Origin: Octopus bimaculoides
Lineage: Eukaryota
Assembly: GCF_001194135.2 (NCBI RefSeq)
Contig: NC_068982.1
Span: forward strand, 49,041,037-49,105,036
DNA length: 64,000 nt
Direction of reading: 5' to 3'
Part shown: piece after piece, positions 24,425-38,006 of the stretch
Position numbering within the stretch: position 1 is the first letter of the stretch
Layout of the letters: each line of letters opens with the position of its first letter
Notes under the pieces: generated by a model
Database searches by the model: none
What the model was told of the DNA's origin: nothing
Seen by the model: only the letters and a program-made list of their open reading frames with translations
Program-made: the position numbers and the translations under genes

Positions 24425-27400
24425 TCAAAACCTTTACAAAATTAACACTCTGAGACCAAACTTGTAGTTCTATTTTACAAAACCATTCATCTTAGGATGT
24501 TTATATCTTAGCTAAAAAAATTTCTATCATAATTTTCTCTTGTAACTTTTTATCAAGTTATGCTCAAAACACAAGTTTAATTAAAAGCAATTAAGCTTTT
24601 AATTTAAGCATAAGATAAGTAATTTTAAAGGGAGGGGGTTAATCAATACTATGAAAGCTGTACTTGACAGCTTCTTTATTATATTGATCACAAAAGGATA
24701 AATGACTAAGTTGACCTCGGAGGATTTGAGCTCAGAAAATGAAGAGCTGGAACATAGACCAAAAGATATTTTTTCCAATAATGAAAACATGTTATTTTAC
24801 TAAATATCTCCAAATTATTGATTACTTTAATAATTAATTGAAACATATTTTAGAAAGATGTTTATGAAATGGTTAATGTCCCTAGCATCACCATCATCAT
24901 TTTGACATCTGCTTTTTCCATGGTGCCATAGTTTGGATAAGACATCGTGAAGTGTTACTCTGTGACTGGATGCCTTCCTGTCCTATACATACTTTAGCTT
25001 TGTCCTCTTAGAATATAAGACTGCATTTCATAACCAAGACTTTCTGGGACATTTTAATGTTCAACAAGACAACTTTACTATCTGTCCAAGACATTAGGAC
25101 AGATCTTCCAAACCAGGATTGTCTTGAGGAAAGCATGATATATGACAAGCCTTTATATTTATGTGTCTGAGTGTGTGTGTGTCTAGGTTCGTGCCTATGT
25201 TATTTATGTTTACATGGCTTTAAAATTAGTATTCCATAATGTAGCCCTTTGACAAACAGAAATCAATAAATAAATTATGTACAGACGGATAAAAAAAAAA
25301 GTACTAGGATTGATATGATTGACCAAGTTCTCAAAGGTAATGCTCCAGCATGGCCACATTCCAACGACTGAAAAATAATAAAAGAATAAAAAGAAGACAC
25401 AACTCAGAACATGTTTTATTCATATTTTGACCTCTTCAATGACTATACTGAATTTGTCTGCTTTAATAACAAAGAGAGAATTACTTACTAACCATACAAT
25501 TACATACTGGCTGGTATGAAAATTTAAATTCGTTTCTGGTGTGTTTCTATTTGATTAAGCTTCTGTTCCAAAGAACAGGTGGTGGCAAAAACTAAATTAA
25601 TTGGAAACTGAAAGTAACTATTTCTAGTAAGTGTATAATGTCTTAAAATATTTATGAACATGTATTTTTATTGTTTTAGCAAATTAACCCATAAGAGGTG
25701 ATGCCATTATATTTTTGTCAGCAAAATGTTTGTATAAAATGTCTCAGAATATTGAATATTCTTTTAGCTTTCCAGTCACATTCTTCAACACCTGCTCAGT
25801 AAAGTTTAGTTATATTTCTCTTGTTCTAAACTATTACAATCAGTAGATGTGCAATCAAATACAGTTACTAGATATTTTTATAACTGTAGTCAGAGGAGTT
25901 TGGGAATAGTTATCACTGCCTCATGGAGAAAGAAAATGATAAGGAATTAGACATTTTGCTCCTTTATTTGTTAGTGTCCCTGTATTTCATGCAATGGAAA
26001 TTTCAATACTGAAAAATATTCCTTTTTCCAAAATATGGTATCACTTTACATAGGTTATTTTTTGCTTCTATAATATTCCATTGAAGGTCCTCTTTATCAA
26101 TATGAAAATAAATAACCCAAGAATTCAGAGACCAGAATGGTCTGCCAGTAACAACACTTTTCTTTAAGCTCCTGAATTATTTTGTTTCCTATATCTGATA
26201 AGGAGAAACTTTCCTAAAATATTATTGAAACCTTAAACTACCTGTGCAAGGTAAGACAATGTCATTTCTATATTTATATTTGTTGACATCACCTAACAAA
26301 TTTTGCTTAATTTTCATCTGTATTGCTCGAAGTGTTTTTTAAACATTTATATCATTTACACATTGTAATGCTTCAAGCAAATTACAATACTCCTTTAAAT
26401 AGGAAACTATTTTTAAGCAGCCTTCATATATATGGACATTTTCTTTAGAGAAATGAAGTTTATGAATGCCATGATGTATTGTAAAATTTCTAAACCATCC
26501 AAATGTAAAAAACATACCTTTATGTAATCTCTTAGTGATTTTTCTGACCTTGGGTCCTTGAAATCAATATTTCTTTGGACCACTTTACCAAGATTTTGAA
26601 CTGGAGAAGTACAGTGCCAGAATATCTACCATAGGGAACCCCCACTGATATTCTAAGAAACCTACTAATCTGATGGCCTCGGCTAGCACCTTATTTATTA
26701 ACTGCAAAAGGGGTAAAAGCAAAATTGTCCTTAGCAAAATTTGAACTAGTAACACAAGGAACATATACCCATAAGATATTTAATCTGATGCTCTGATAAT
26801 TCAGCTAGTTTGTCATTCTGTTAGGATTATCTTCTCATATCAAAATTGTTTTTCTAATTTAAAGGCACTCCTCAGTTATGGTTTGTTACAAAACATATAG
26901 GCAAAGCATATTGAAGCAAGTTTAAAAGCACAACACAAGACTGTTGTCATAGTCAGTAATCTTAAAAAGGTAGTACATTTTTTCCTTGCAGACCAGAGAA
27001 ATGTATAATTTGTTTCATTTGCCACCAAGTTTCAAGTATAAGTGTTACTTCATGGTCATCCTCAGAAATAGTAGTAAATCAAAGAGTAGGCATCTGCATA
27101 GTAAAGTAAATAAGGGGGGTAATATTAATGGAGAGAAGAATGGAGAAAAATACGTTTGAGGGAAGTGGAGTAGGAGAAGAAGTAGGAAGGAAATGAGGAA
27201 GGAAAAATATGACTTTGAATAACAGAGGTTGTAAATTTTGCTTTGAGAATGTTTTATGAGTCTTTTACAGAAGTGGCAGGAATTTTGACAATGTAAATTT
27301 CATCAGTGGCTATTATAAACTAAAATGTGTATTTTCTTACCCTAATACATAGACGGCTATTGTTGTCTAAGATGAATTAGATAACAAAACCAATTTTTCA

Positions 27401-28170
27401 TTTGTTATAAATGTCTTGTTTCATTGTTATTGATTTTATTGTCTAATCTTTTTCCTTTTTTTTTTTAAATAATATATCGAGATTGTTTTTAAATGTATCT
27501 ATTATAATAATTAGCTTCAATATTATCTACATTTTCCATTAATTTATCTTCCAAACACACAAGAGAAATGCATAATTTGCCTTATTTGTATGAGTTTCAA
27601 ATATATATAAGGGTTATGTTGTGGCCATAATATCTCAGAAAGATAGCTTAACAGTGGCAGTAGATGTGATATGGTAGACATTTGCATAATATACTGAATT
27701 AATGATCAATTACATAAAGGTGCAGCTTTGTTGAACATTAAGACATTGCACATATAATTCAACTAAAAATACCCAAATTTGTTTCCATATACATTAATGG
27801 GGTTAAAGTTGATGTACATATGGAGGTAAAGATTTAAACTTGGCAGTGACTATTGTTAGGAATTGCTTGATGAGTCAGATTTCCCAACAGATATTATTTA
27901 TAACAAATCTGCTGCTGAAAGCTGAATGTAATAGAATTGGGTTTTTATAATGTATTAGTGTGATGGAAGAGAGATTTGTCTGCTGTTTCGAGCAGCTAAT
28001 ATGAAGGCATGACATAAGGTGACATTTGGCCTTCAGCAGCATTACATTTCGAGGTGGCTAATTAAGCCAATATTTGCATAAAAACCATGGTTACATTGGG
28101 GGCACATAATAACAGAGTCAGGACCCAAAGGGACTCTTGCTTCCAATGCAATCCTCTTTAGCATCTCTGA

Positions 28171-28542
28171 TCATTTCTTATTTTGGGTGCTGTACTCTAG
28201 AGTACACAGCACTATGCCACATATATATGATATGGTCCTAAACTCCAGTGGTATGTTCCAGAGAGTATAACTACTGATAAATATTAGTTTCAAATTTTGG
28301 CACAAGGCCAGAAATTACATCAACCTCAGTAAATAACTAGTACCTATTTTATCAACCTCAAAAGGATGAAAGGCAAAGCAGACCTTGGCGGAATTTGTAT
28401 TACATTCTGAATTCAAATTCCGAACTCAGAACATAAAGACCAATGAAATGTCACAAAGCATTTTGTCTACATACTAATGATTATATATATATGTGGCATA
28501 GTGCTGTGTACTCTAGAGTACAGCACGCAAAATAAGAAATGA
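28171..28542. repeat. 58-bp near-perfect inverted repeat pair (28171-28228 and 28485-28542)
   Basis: TCATTTCTTATTTTG(G/C)GTGCTGTACTCTAGAGTACACAGCACTATGCCACATATATAT and its reverse complement, 57/58 identical. Confidence 0.95.
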
Positions 28543-28864
28543 ATGTCACTGACCATAGATATGCTATATTAAGACTCACCCAGAGATAAACAACAACAGT
28601 GGAAGCAGCAGCAGCAGCAGTAGCAACAGCAGTAGCAACAGCAACAACAATGGTTTCAAATTTTGCCACAGGGGCAGCAATTTTAGGGGAGGGGATGAGT
28701 CAATTACATTGACCCCAGCGTTCAACTGGTACTTATCTTATTGACCCCCAAAAAGATGAAAGGTAAAGTTGACTTCAGTGGAATTTGAACTCAGTATGTA
28801 ACAATTGGTAAAATACTGCTAAACATTTCATCCAATGCGCTAACAATTCTGCCAGCTCACCACC

Positions 28865-28904
<40 letters not shown>

Positions 28905-29166
28905 NNNNNNNNNNNNNNNNNNNNNNNNNNNNNNNNNNNNNNNNNNNNNNNNNNNNNNNNNNNNNNNNNNNNNNNNNNNNNNNNNNNNNNNNNNNNNNNN
29001 NNNNNNNNNNNNNNNNNNNNNNNNNNNNNNNNNNNNNNNNNNNNNNNNNNNNNNNNNNNNNNNNNNNNNNNNNNNNNNNNNNNNNNNNNNNNNNNNNNNN
29101 NNNNNNNNNNNNNNNNNNNNNNNNNNNNNNNNNNNNNNNNNNNNNNNNNNNNNNNNNNNNNNNNNN

Positions 29167-29430
29167 AAACAGAAACAATTCCTATCATAGTAGGTGCTTT
29201 AGGTATAATAAAAAAATATTCAGACAAATACATAACAAAAACACCAGGACTTACAAATATATATAACATACAGAAAATTGCACTACTGGGCACTGCACAC
29301 ATCCTACGCAAAACACTTTCAATACAGTAACCATAAGAGCATCACAGCAAACCACAGCACATACCCAAGGCGCACAGAGCTGCACTCGGTAGTGAAGTGA
29401 AAGCACATTATAAAAATAAAACTACTGAAC

Positions 29431-29486
<56 letters not shown>

Positions 29487-29500
29487 CAACAATAATAATA
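29167..29500 (+). mobile_element. R4/Dong-clade non-LTR retrotransposon 3' end with (AAT)n tail; 5' part lost in the gap
   Basis: 29169-29330 reads TETIPIIVGALGIIKK...IQKIALLGTAHILRKTLSIQ*, the typical C-terminus of the R4/Dong restriction-like endonuclease. A ~100-nt UTR and (AAT)n follow at 29431-29500; (TAA)n also lies upstream of the gap at 28866-28904. Confidence 0.85.
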
Positions 29501-29962
29501 AACAACCCCACTTCTCTGTTTCAGTGTCCAAATTACACTCATAATTATTGGATATATCAATTATCACTGACAGCTGAAGAGATGGAATAGCAATTACTTA
29601 TTTTTAATTTGGTAAAATGCCATAATATTTTGGACAAAGAGAAATGACAGTTTACTTGCACTGCAAATGTAACTAAATGGACAATTGTAATCAAATCATA
29701 CAAGCTATTGAGATCTATAAGTTGACAGTAATATTTACTGTAATAATGACTTTTCAATTATGTATGTGTGGTCTTAAAGATGAATAATTAGACAAGAACA
29801 ATGAGAATGTTGGTGTTTGGAAAAATCTGTGTAAATCTGCCATTTGGGCAACATGTGGCAATTTTTACTACCTAAGACACAAACTCAACTAATTAAGATT
29901 TCACAGTTTTTTGGGGGTTTTTTTGAGTAGTTTCTGAAATGGATAGAGAAATTCAAAGGATC

Positions 29963-30029
29963 GCTTTGGTATAATGGTAGAATTTTTGCCATGTCTATTG
30001 AAGATGTGGGTCCAAGTCCCATGAGGAGC
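29963..30029 (+). pseudogene. Degenerate tRNA-like sequence (SINE head or tRNA pseudogene); a more decayed tandem copy at ~30250-30310
   Basis: TGGTATAATGGTAG (A-box-like), GGTCCAAGTCCC (B-box-like), weak acceptor pairing GCTTT/GGAGC; the anticodon arm does not pair well. Confidence 0.35.
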
Positions 30030-30769
30030 CTTTGGCTTACTCTGTCTGTAAAGGTTTTTTTTAGCCCAATATTTACATGCTTTTATTTATACCTTTATGT
30101 GCTTTGAGATGCACGGTTCCAAAAAAAGAACTATTACACATCCATTGTTCATTTTGAAGTTTCTAAATTCTTAAGACATCAACAGCATATTATTTTCACT
30201 GGTTAGAATGAAATTGCTAAAACGAATAGAGAAATTCAAAGAAATGCTTTGGTCAAAAAGTGTACAAGAGATGTGAGTTTGAGTACTTCAGGCAGTCTTT
30301 GACTTTTTCTATCCAAAAGGGTTTCAACCAAATATTTACAGATGCAGGCGTAGCTGTGTGTTAAGAAGCTTGCTTCCTAACTATATAGTTCTGGGTTCAG
30401 TTCCACTGCATAGCACTTGGGAAAATGTCTTCTACTATAGCCTCAGGCCTTGCAAATGGATTTGGTAGATAGAAACTGAAAGAAAGCTGTTGTTTTACAA
30501 AAAAATATATTTTTTTAAATCACCTTTACACTTCAAATACTGTCAACCTCACCTTCAAATACAGTCACACTAGAAAAAAAAACATCTTCTCAAAAATGGT
30601 TAGTAACATTCTCATAACAGATTTCATAAAATTTTTTTTTAAATAATATTCTTTAAAAACATCACCTTTGCACTTCAAAACTGTATTAAATTATCCTCAT
30701 AGACTTTCAAATATTTAAGCAACTGTTACACAATCAAGATGGTACTGATCAGATCGAAATCAACAACAA

Positions 30770-31430
30770 ATATGAACTCAAGTGACAGAATTTTGGAGGA
30801 AATCTCAAACAAAGTAACAATCCTCACAAACAAATATGACTCGCATCATTTTTTGGGGGAATAGAACAAACTCGTATTTACAGAGAAAAAGTAGAAATCC
30901 TGCTAACATTAAAACACACTACTGAAACTCTAAATACAATCTCCATTTCTCTGTCAACAACAGAACATTCCAATACACAAGATATCTTTAAGGAATAGAA
31001 TGAAATTCATTTGGAGAATGAAGCACTCAAGAAAATGACCCAGATGAAAAAGATATGGTATAATTTATTAAATCAAAGTAAAGATGCATATTGGAAAGCA
31101 ATCAGAAATGAAAATTTAACAAACACATATGCACAATGGATAAACCAAGAACCAGTGATTTTCCTACAAAAATTCCATCCCCAAAATATCACATCAAAAC
31201 CAAATGAAGAAATGAAAATCAGAATAAATCTTGCACACCAAAGGTTTGAAGCAAAGATCAGCAGTTTAAAGCTTCATAGGCCTCACTTTAAAGAGAAATT
31301 TGAGAAATGTGACAGCTTAGTGCAAAAAGAAATCTCCAAACAAACCAACAGGAAATTACATGAGAAACTGGACTTATGGAAAAAAGACATAGAAATACAA
31401 GAAGCCAAACTGAATAAAATAGTTGTGTAA
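30770..31430 (+). mobile_element. Decayed long K/N/E-rich ORF, probably an ORF1-like or N-terminal region of a retroelement
   Basis: A 139-aa open stretch (31011-31430) with A-rich coding bias continues upstream through stops and frameshifts; no splice signals; an (AAT)n-rich tract follows. The family assignment is inference only. Confidence 0.35.
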
Positions 31431-31734
31431 ATATTGCAAATAATATTAGACATGAATATATAAACAGTTAAAAATATATCAAGACAAAGCATTTTGCTAC
31501 ACAAAGTAATAGAGTAAACCCTCAAACTATCCAAAAGTTGTCTGTTAGTAAAACTGGTACAAAAAAGTATCTTTTTTATAGAGAAATCAAATCATGTCAA
31601 AACTTTCTCTCTCTTAGAGCTATCCATTTGCTTGAATGTACACAACAATAATAATAATGATAATAATAACAGTAATAATAGCAACAACAACAATGACGAT
31701 GATGATAACAGCTATGAACAACAATAACAACCAA

Positions 31735-31765
<31 letters not shown>

Positions 31766-32139
31766 GCGATGATAGTGGTGGTGGTAGTGGTTTCTTTTAA
31801 TTATGATTGTCATTATTATTATTGTTGTTACTGGTTCTAATATTGGCACAAATAAAGTTAAAAGTGCAAATTTTCAGATAATCGAATATTAATTGAAGAA
31901 AAAAGAGAAAAGTTTAAATTATATTTAATCTAATATTGCTGCAAAGAACAAAAAGAGAGGAAAAATGAAAGACTGTGAGTAAAATAGATTAATATTATAT
32001 CTAATTTGATGTAAGCAGAACATCTGACGACTTAAGTTGTTAATTACATCATTTAAGTCGTGAACATTTCATTTACAGAAATGACAAGATAAACAACAAA
32101 CTAATAAATAAAAGATAATTAAAATAAAGAAGATAATGA

Positions 32140-32214
32140 AGAAATCATGATAAATGATGAAAGGGAGAAGGAAGAGGACAGCACTGAATATGATGAAGGG
32201 CAGGAGAGAGACCA

Positions 32215-32248
<34 letters not shown>

Positions 32249-32590
32249 GACGATGACAGCAATGATGATAATGATGATGAAAATGATGATGGCAATGACA
32301 ATAATGGTGATGATGATAATGATGACGATGACGATGATGACGATGATGATGATGACGATGATGATGATGACGATGATGATGAGGACGATGATGATGATGA
32401 CGATGTTGATGACAACAATAGTAGTGTTGGTGATGATGATAATGATGATAATAATGACAACGACGACGATGATGATGATGATGATGATGATGATGGTGAT
32501 GGTGATGGTGACAAATGATACTGTTGATGGTGATGATGCATTACTGCCTCTGCCACCATTGCCAATGATACCACTACCCCACCCACCAAA
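32140..32590. repeat. Compound GAT/GAC/AAT/GGT trinucleotide tract; similar tracts at 12108-12180, 19030-19160, 23413-23507, 31645-31790, 35880-36190, 49010-49190
   Basis: Direct reading; these tracts produce the poly-D/M/S/I ORFs in the track. Confidence 0.95.
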
Positions 32591-32838
32591 GGATGTTTTC
32601 CAAGTGAGATTACAATGATCCAGTGGAAATTGGATATCAGCCTTCCTCATTATAGTGCTCAATTGCTCTCTTTCTTATAACCTCTTTGCAAACAGATGAG
32701 AATCATGATGCTATAAATCTAAGATTCTGAGAGGTGAACCTTGATTTTCTGTTTACACATGTGACATTTGCACGACAAATTCTTCCTTCTTCTTCATGTG
32801 CAAAATCCCAAACATAAGTAATTATGGAACCTCTATGC

Positions 32839-33413
32839 CAGTGATTCTCAACCAGGGTCCATATAGCCCCTGGTGATCCATGTAAAATATTTGGGGTTTC
32901 ACACAAGCAAAATAGTAAATTGGGGACCCACAGTGGGATTTTAAGGGTCCATGAAAAAATTTTTTAAATAGTAACTTGGGGATCCACAGAAAGTATTTTA
33001 AATTATCAGCTGGGGTCTATGTGGTCCCTGGAGGTCCATGTGACTTTTGGGGTCCACACAAACAAAATAGTAAATTGGGGACTCACAGTAGTATTTTAAA
33101 TTACCATCTGGGGTCCATACGGCCCCTGGAGATCCATGTGACTTTTGGGGTCTGTACAAACAAAATGGTAAATTAGGGATTGTCATATTCTCAGGGTCCA
33201 TGAAAAAGATGTTACTTTGGATGTATTTACAGTGGGAAACAACTAGGATTCTTTCTCTAATATTTTACATAGTTAATGTATGAAAAACAAAATAGGAATT
33301 GTTAAAGAAGCTTCTATAAAACTAGTTTTTGAACATCAAATAGCTTTGGGGGTCCATCAGAATAAAATAGTAATCAAAGGGGTCCATAGATAAAAAATGC
33401 TTGAGAACCACTG
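32839..33413. mobile_element. hAT (Charlie-like) non-autonomous element with internal ~105-bp tandem repeats
   Basis: TIRs CAGTGATTCTCAAC and GTTGAGAACCACTG-like (GCTTGAGAACCACTG); 8-bp TSD CTCTATGC (32831-38) / CTCTCTGC (33414-21). About three internal copies of ggggtccat..gcccctgg..gtccatgtgacttttggggtc..aaacaaaatagtaaattgggga. Confidence 0.88.
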
Positions 33414-36400
33414 CTCTCTGCCTTCCTGTCTTCCACACACTGTATAAAATTATTGGGTCTGTCTTTCTGTTAGCAGCTTCTAAACTGTAATGTCTCAAGC
33501 TACTGCTATCTAGCACCTTCGGATGATCTCTACTCAACTGCTACTGAACAGCTACTCAACTCCACCTTCGCTTGGGGGCGCCAACACAACATAAACCCAG
33601 CAAGTATGTTATCTCTTTGTCATACCCAGTTCCTTCTTTCTTTCTCTGTTCCAGTTACAACCAAATGTTCTAGGTTTCTGTCATCTCATCTGATGTCCAA
33701 TAAACTTAGTTTGTTGCCTATTTATGTTGATGAGAATTTTGCTGATGTTCTCCATTTCTAATAAACTCCATGAGCCTTCAGATTTAGTAAAAGATAAGTA
33801 CCAACAAATAACTAACAAACACATTGTACATTACTAGTGGGACTCGTGGAAACTCCACAGAACGAAAATGATTAAGAGAAGCTACTTAAGAAAGAAGGGA
33901 GGATTTTTGTTTTTATTTTATTTCACTTCCAGTCATAATAACATATTATATGATTTTAAAATTTTCCTCTGCTAATTTCTTTTTCCTACTGCTTCAACAA
34001 ACTTTTTAACCATGTCATTCCTCTCTTCGTGTCTTTAACATTTCTCTCTTTCTCTTCAGCTTTCCCTCCCCATCCTACAGCACATCATTAACATTTCTCT
34101 CTCCCACTTTTTGCTTACCATTTTTCTCACCCTCTCTCTCCTTACTTCTCCCTTCAACTAACCATATGATGCATTTGACTGTAGTTTATTATTATTCTCC
34201 CACTCTTCTTTCTTTTCTACTCACATTTCTCCCCCACTCTCTCTCGCCCACTTCTCTAACTAACTAAAATATAACAGGCGAATGAACAAGCAGATTACTA
34301 TATAAATCTTTATCACTGCAAACACTTAGTAACTCACCTACAAGTATGTCATCTTCGTCATCATTGTTACCATTTTAGCATCCATCTTTCCTTGCTTGCA
34401 ATGAGTTGGATGGAACTGAGGCAGATTTTCTATAACCAGATGGCCTTCCTGCTGCCAACCCTCATCTGTTTCCATATAAAGTAATATTTCCCCATGGCTT
34501 TAAGGTGGTGAGCTGGCAGAATCATTAAGCATGCCAGGCAAAATGCTGCTAAGCATTTTGTTTGTCTTTATGCTCTGACTTCAAATTCCACCAAGGTTGA
34601 GTTTACTTTCCATCCTTTATGGGACAATAAAATAAGTACCAGTTGAGCACTGGGGTCAATGTAATTGGCTTACCCCTCACAAAAATTGCTGGCTTTTTGC
34701 CAGAATTTGAAACCGATATTTTCCCATGGTTAGATACATTTTTGCAGAAGATTAGAAATGAATGACATTCATTTACAGTGATCAAGACAAAGTGATTCAT
34801 CCACACAATCACACATCCACGCAATCACACATAAACACACACACACACATACACACACACACACACACACACATGTAGAGAGGTATGAAAGGCTTCTTTC
34901 AGTTTCTGTCTACCAAATCCACTCACAAAGCCAGAGTTGACCCAGAGCTATAATAGAAGATATTTTCCCAATGTAAGGTGCCACACAGTGGGACTGAACC
35001 CCAAGACCTTGTCATTGGAAAGCAAACTTCTTAACCACATGACCACATCTGCACCTATTTACATGTTTAAACATTAGTTTCAAGTTTTGGCACTGGGCCA
35101 GCAATTTTAGGGAAGAGTAAGTTGGTTACATCAATCTCAGTATTTAACTTACATTACTGACCCACTCTCCTTAGGGATGAAAGGCAAATTTGACCTCGGC
35201 AGAATTTAAACTCAGAACATGAAGCATTTTGTCCAGATTGCTAAGAATTCTGCTAGCTTGTCACCTGATATGCTCAGATATTGATTTCAAATTTTAGCAC
35301 AGAGCCAGCAATTTTAAGTATTTGACTGTACCTATTTTATCAAAACCTTGATGGAATTTGAAGTCAGAGTGTGAAGACTGACAAGATGTCATGAAGCATT
35401 TTGCTTGGTGTGTTAACAATCCTGCCAGCTTTCCATCTGGCATGTTTAGATAATAATACATTATTTACATGGTTGCTCATGAATTCTTTGTACTGATTAA
35501 GAGAGCTCAAAGACTACTGTGATTCAGGAACTACAAGAATATGAATAAATTAACTTGCTGGATCAGCACTCTTACACCAAACTAAGCTCCCTTAACAAAC
35601 TTAGCAATACAATTTCCAAAAATGTTAGGTGATGTTGCATTTCTTATCAACAGAACATACAGATCTAGAGACCTATCATTAGCGTGAATTTAAACACTGT
35701 GCTTTTAAAATCAGAACAGTTGTAATTTAATTCTGTGTCTACTTGAAGAGTAGGTTAATGAGTTGCAGATTTATCTAGTGTTTCTGCACAAGGAATTAAA
35801 TAAAAATTGGTAAGAAACTTACACCAATTAAATTAATTAAATTCTTCTTATAAGGAAAGGCTTAATCTTCTTACTTCTTTATCATTATCATCATCATCAT
35901 CATTATCATTGTCGTCATCATCATTGAAATTCTCACCAATGTCATCATCATTGTTATCATCATCATCATCATCAACATTATTATTACCCCTATCAGTGTT
36001 GTCACCTTGTCGTCATCTTCATCTTCATAATCAAGCTCACCCCCACCATTTTCATCATCATTATCTCATCAGTCCTTCCACTTTCCCTAACACCTCTCAG
36101 TTATCATAGCAAGCATTACCACCATCTTCATCCTTATCTGCATCACCATTGTTTCATCATCATCATCATCTTCATCACCACCATCATTGATGTCTGATCT
36201 AATTTTGCACCCTCCTTCTCTATACTGGTGCAATGAAGTAGATGACAACAATACATACTGGAATCGTTGGTCAGTAGCCAGGCTCTAAGTTCAAAAAGAA
36301 GACCAATCTAGACTTTAAAACAAAACAAAAACAAAAAAATAGAAAGGAGAAAACTAATTCTTTATTTTCTCTCCAAAAAAATGAGGCAGATACTATCTAT

Positions 36401-38006
36401 GGTTCATCAGAATTTTATTTTATGACCAGACTGAACTGAAATACAGATATAATGTCTTTCCTCTGTTATTATTCATTGCCCTCAGTCTAATAAAAAGCAC
36501 AAATAATTGAAGGTTATAAAAAGATTTTCAACTGTTTAGTATCAGAGCTTGTTTTCATTTTATGTAAGGGTATTTGGCAGAATTACCTTTTGTTTAGCAT
36601 TTACCAATAAAGATTCTGCAAGTGCTATAAAATTTGCTTATTTGTTCTGTCATTATTAGATATAAGTATATACTAAACATTATAAAATGTCCCAGAGCTA
36701 AAATGTTGAAACAGTATTTTGTACTGTAGAGTCAGTATTGATTTCTTTTGTAAACAATATATGGTAGCTAACAGAACAACTCCTTGGTTTTTTATGATAA
36801 AGTTTACAAATTATTACTTGTCTTCTTAATTAAACACAGAAGTATATATTAAAGGAATATTGTAAGTAACTGATGTGAAATTCAGAAAGGGTAAATTCAG
36901 GTGAAGATACATAGCTCAGTTGTTAGAGTGTCAAGCTTACAATCATGAGGTAGTGAGTTTGATTCCTGGGCCAGGCTGTGTATTGTGTTTTTGAACAAGA
37001 CACTTTATTTCAAGTTGCTTCATTTCACTCAGCTGTAGAAATGAGTTGCATCATCACTGGTGCCAAGCTGTATCAGCCTCTTCCTTTCTCTTGGACAACA
37101 TCAGTGACATGGAGAAGAGAGTAGTATTGAGTGCGTTCTGTGTTAACATATATTTCTGCGATAGGTTATTTTTAGATAACCACAACCAACCATTTATTTG
37201 TATAACACCATTTTACATCAGACATCTATACCACTCATCATAACAATATATATCAGAGAATATAGGAATGTGTAGCTGAATTCAATTAATAGGTTTAAAA
37301 TATTCTTGATTTCTTTTTTAATCTAAGAGTATTTTGTCCTTGTTACATTACTCTGTGAATAATAGCTAATTGATTTTAAGTAAATATAAAGTACAATTTT
37401 TGATAAAGAATTCTTTATTAGATTAGCAAGGCAGATTGAATCTTCATTTTAATTATAGCTTCTATATCAGAACAAAATTTGTTTCAAAATATATTTACTA
37501 TCTTATGCATTCCATATAATTCTGTCATGCATTAACTAAGAACAATTAAAGATACTTAGATGCTAACCAATGCTTTTATTTTTTTAATTATTGGAAAGAG
37601 AATAAAAGGAAAAAGAAGTTTGCAATGTTTACTTCTTTTCTAGAATGTTCATCATTTGGAGAGGAGATGTACTGAAAGCTGAGTTCAAAGGAGATGCATC
37701 TGGAGAGGAATGGTCCTCCTGCTTGGAATGATAATGTAGTCCTAAATATACTATGGATAAAAAATGAAATAGGAATGTCACAGGTGAAACACTTTTGATC
37801 ATAGGTCTGCCAGATCAATGGTGATCTAAATGGAATGGTTTTGAATTTGAAAGAAATTATGAACTGATCTCTAACCTATCTTTTTAAAACAACCAACAGT
37901 AAAGTTGTCAACACATGAATAATAAACCACCAAAGGACCACCTCCCTCTCCTGCTTATTCAATCAACCTGTCAAAAAACAGCCTAAACTATTGCATTACA
38001 CTTTAA

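Noticed and set aside
26560-26650. SVGVPYG on the minus strand as a LINE RT GVPQG motif
   Set aside because: A single short motif with no supporting neighbours.
32069-32662. Long ORFs of 123-197 aa (poly-D, poly-M, poly-S, poly-I)
   Set aside because: These are translations of a compound trinucleotide tract that lacks stops in most frames; the same applies at 12059, 23165-23604, 29319 and 48908-49248.
32839-33413. ~105-bp repeats as a regulatory or CRISPR-like array
   Set aside because: They are internal to a hAT element defined by TIRs and an 8-bp TSD.
33575-33595. TGGCGCCC on the minus strand as an LTR primer-binding site
   Set aside because: Only about 8 nt match a tRNA 3' end, and no LTR pair or internal domains are adjacent.
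36259-36307. 49-nt minus-strand candidate exon IGLLFELRAWLLTNDS with GTATGT donor
   Set aside because: A competing AG 5 nt upstream would close all frames, the peptide is unrecognised and no partner exon was found.
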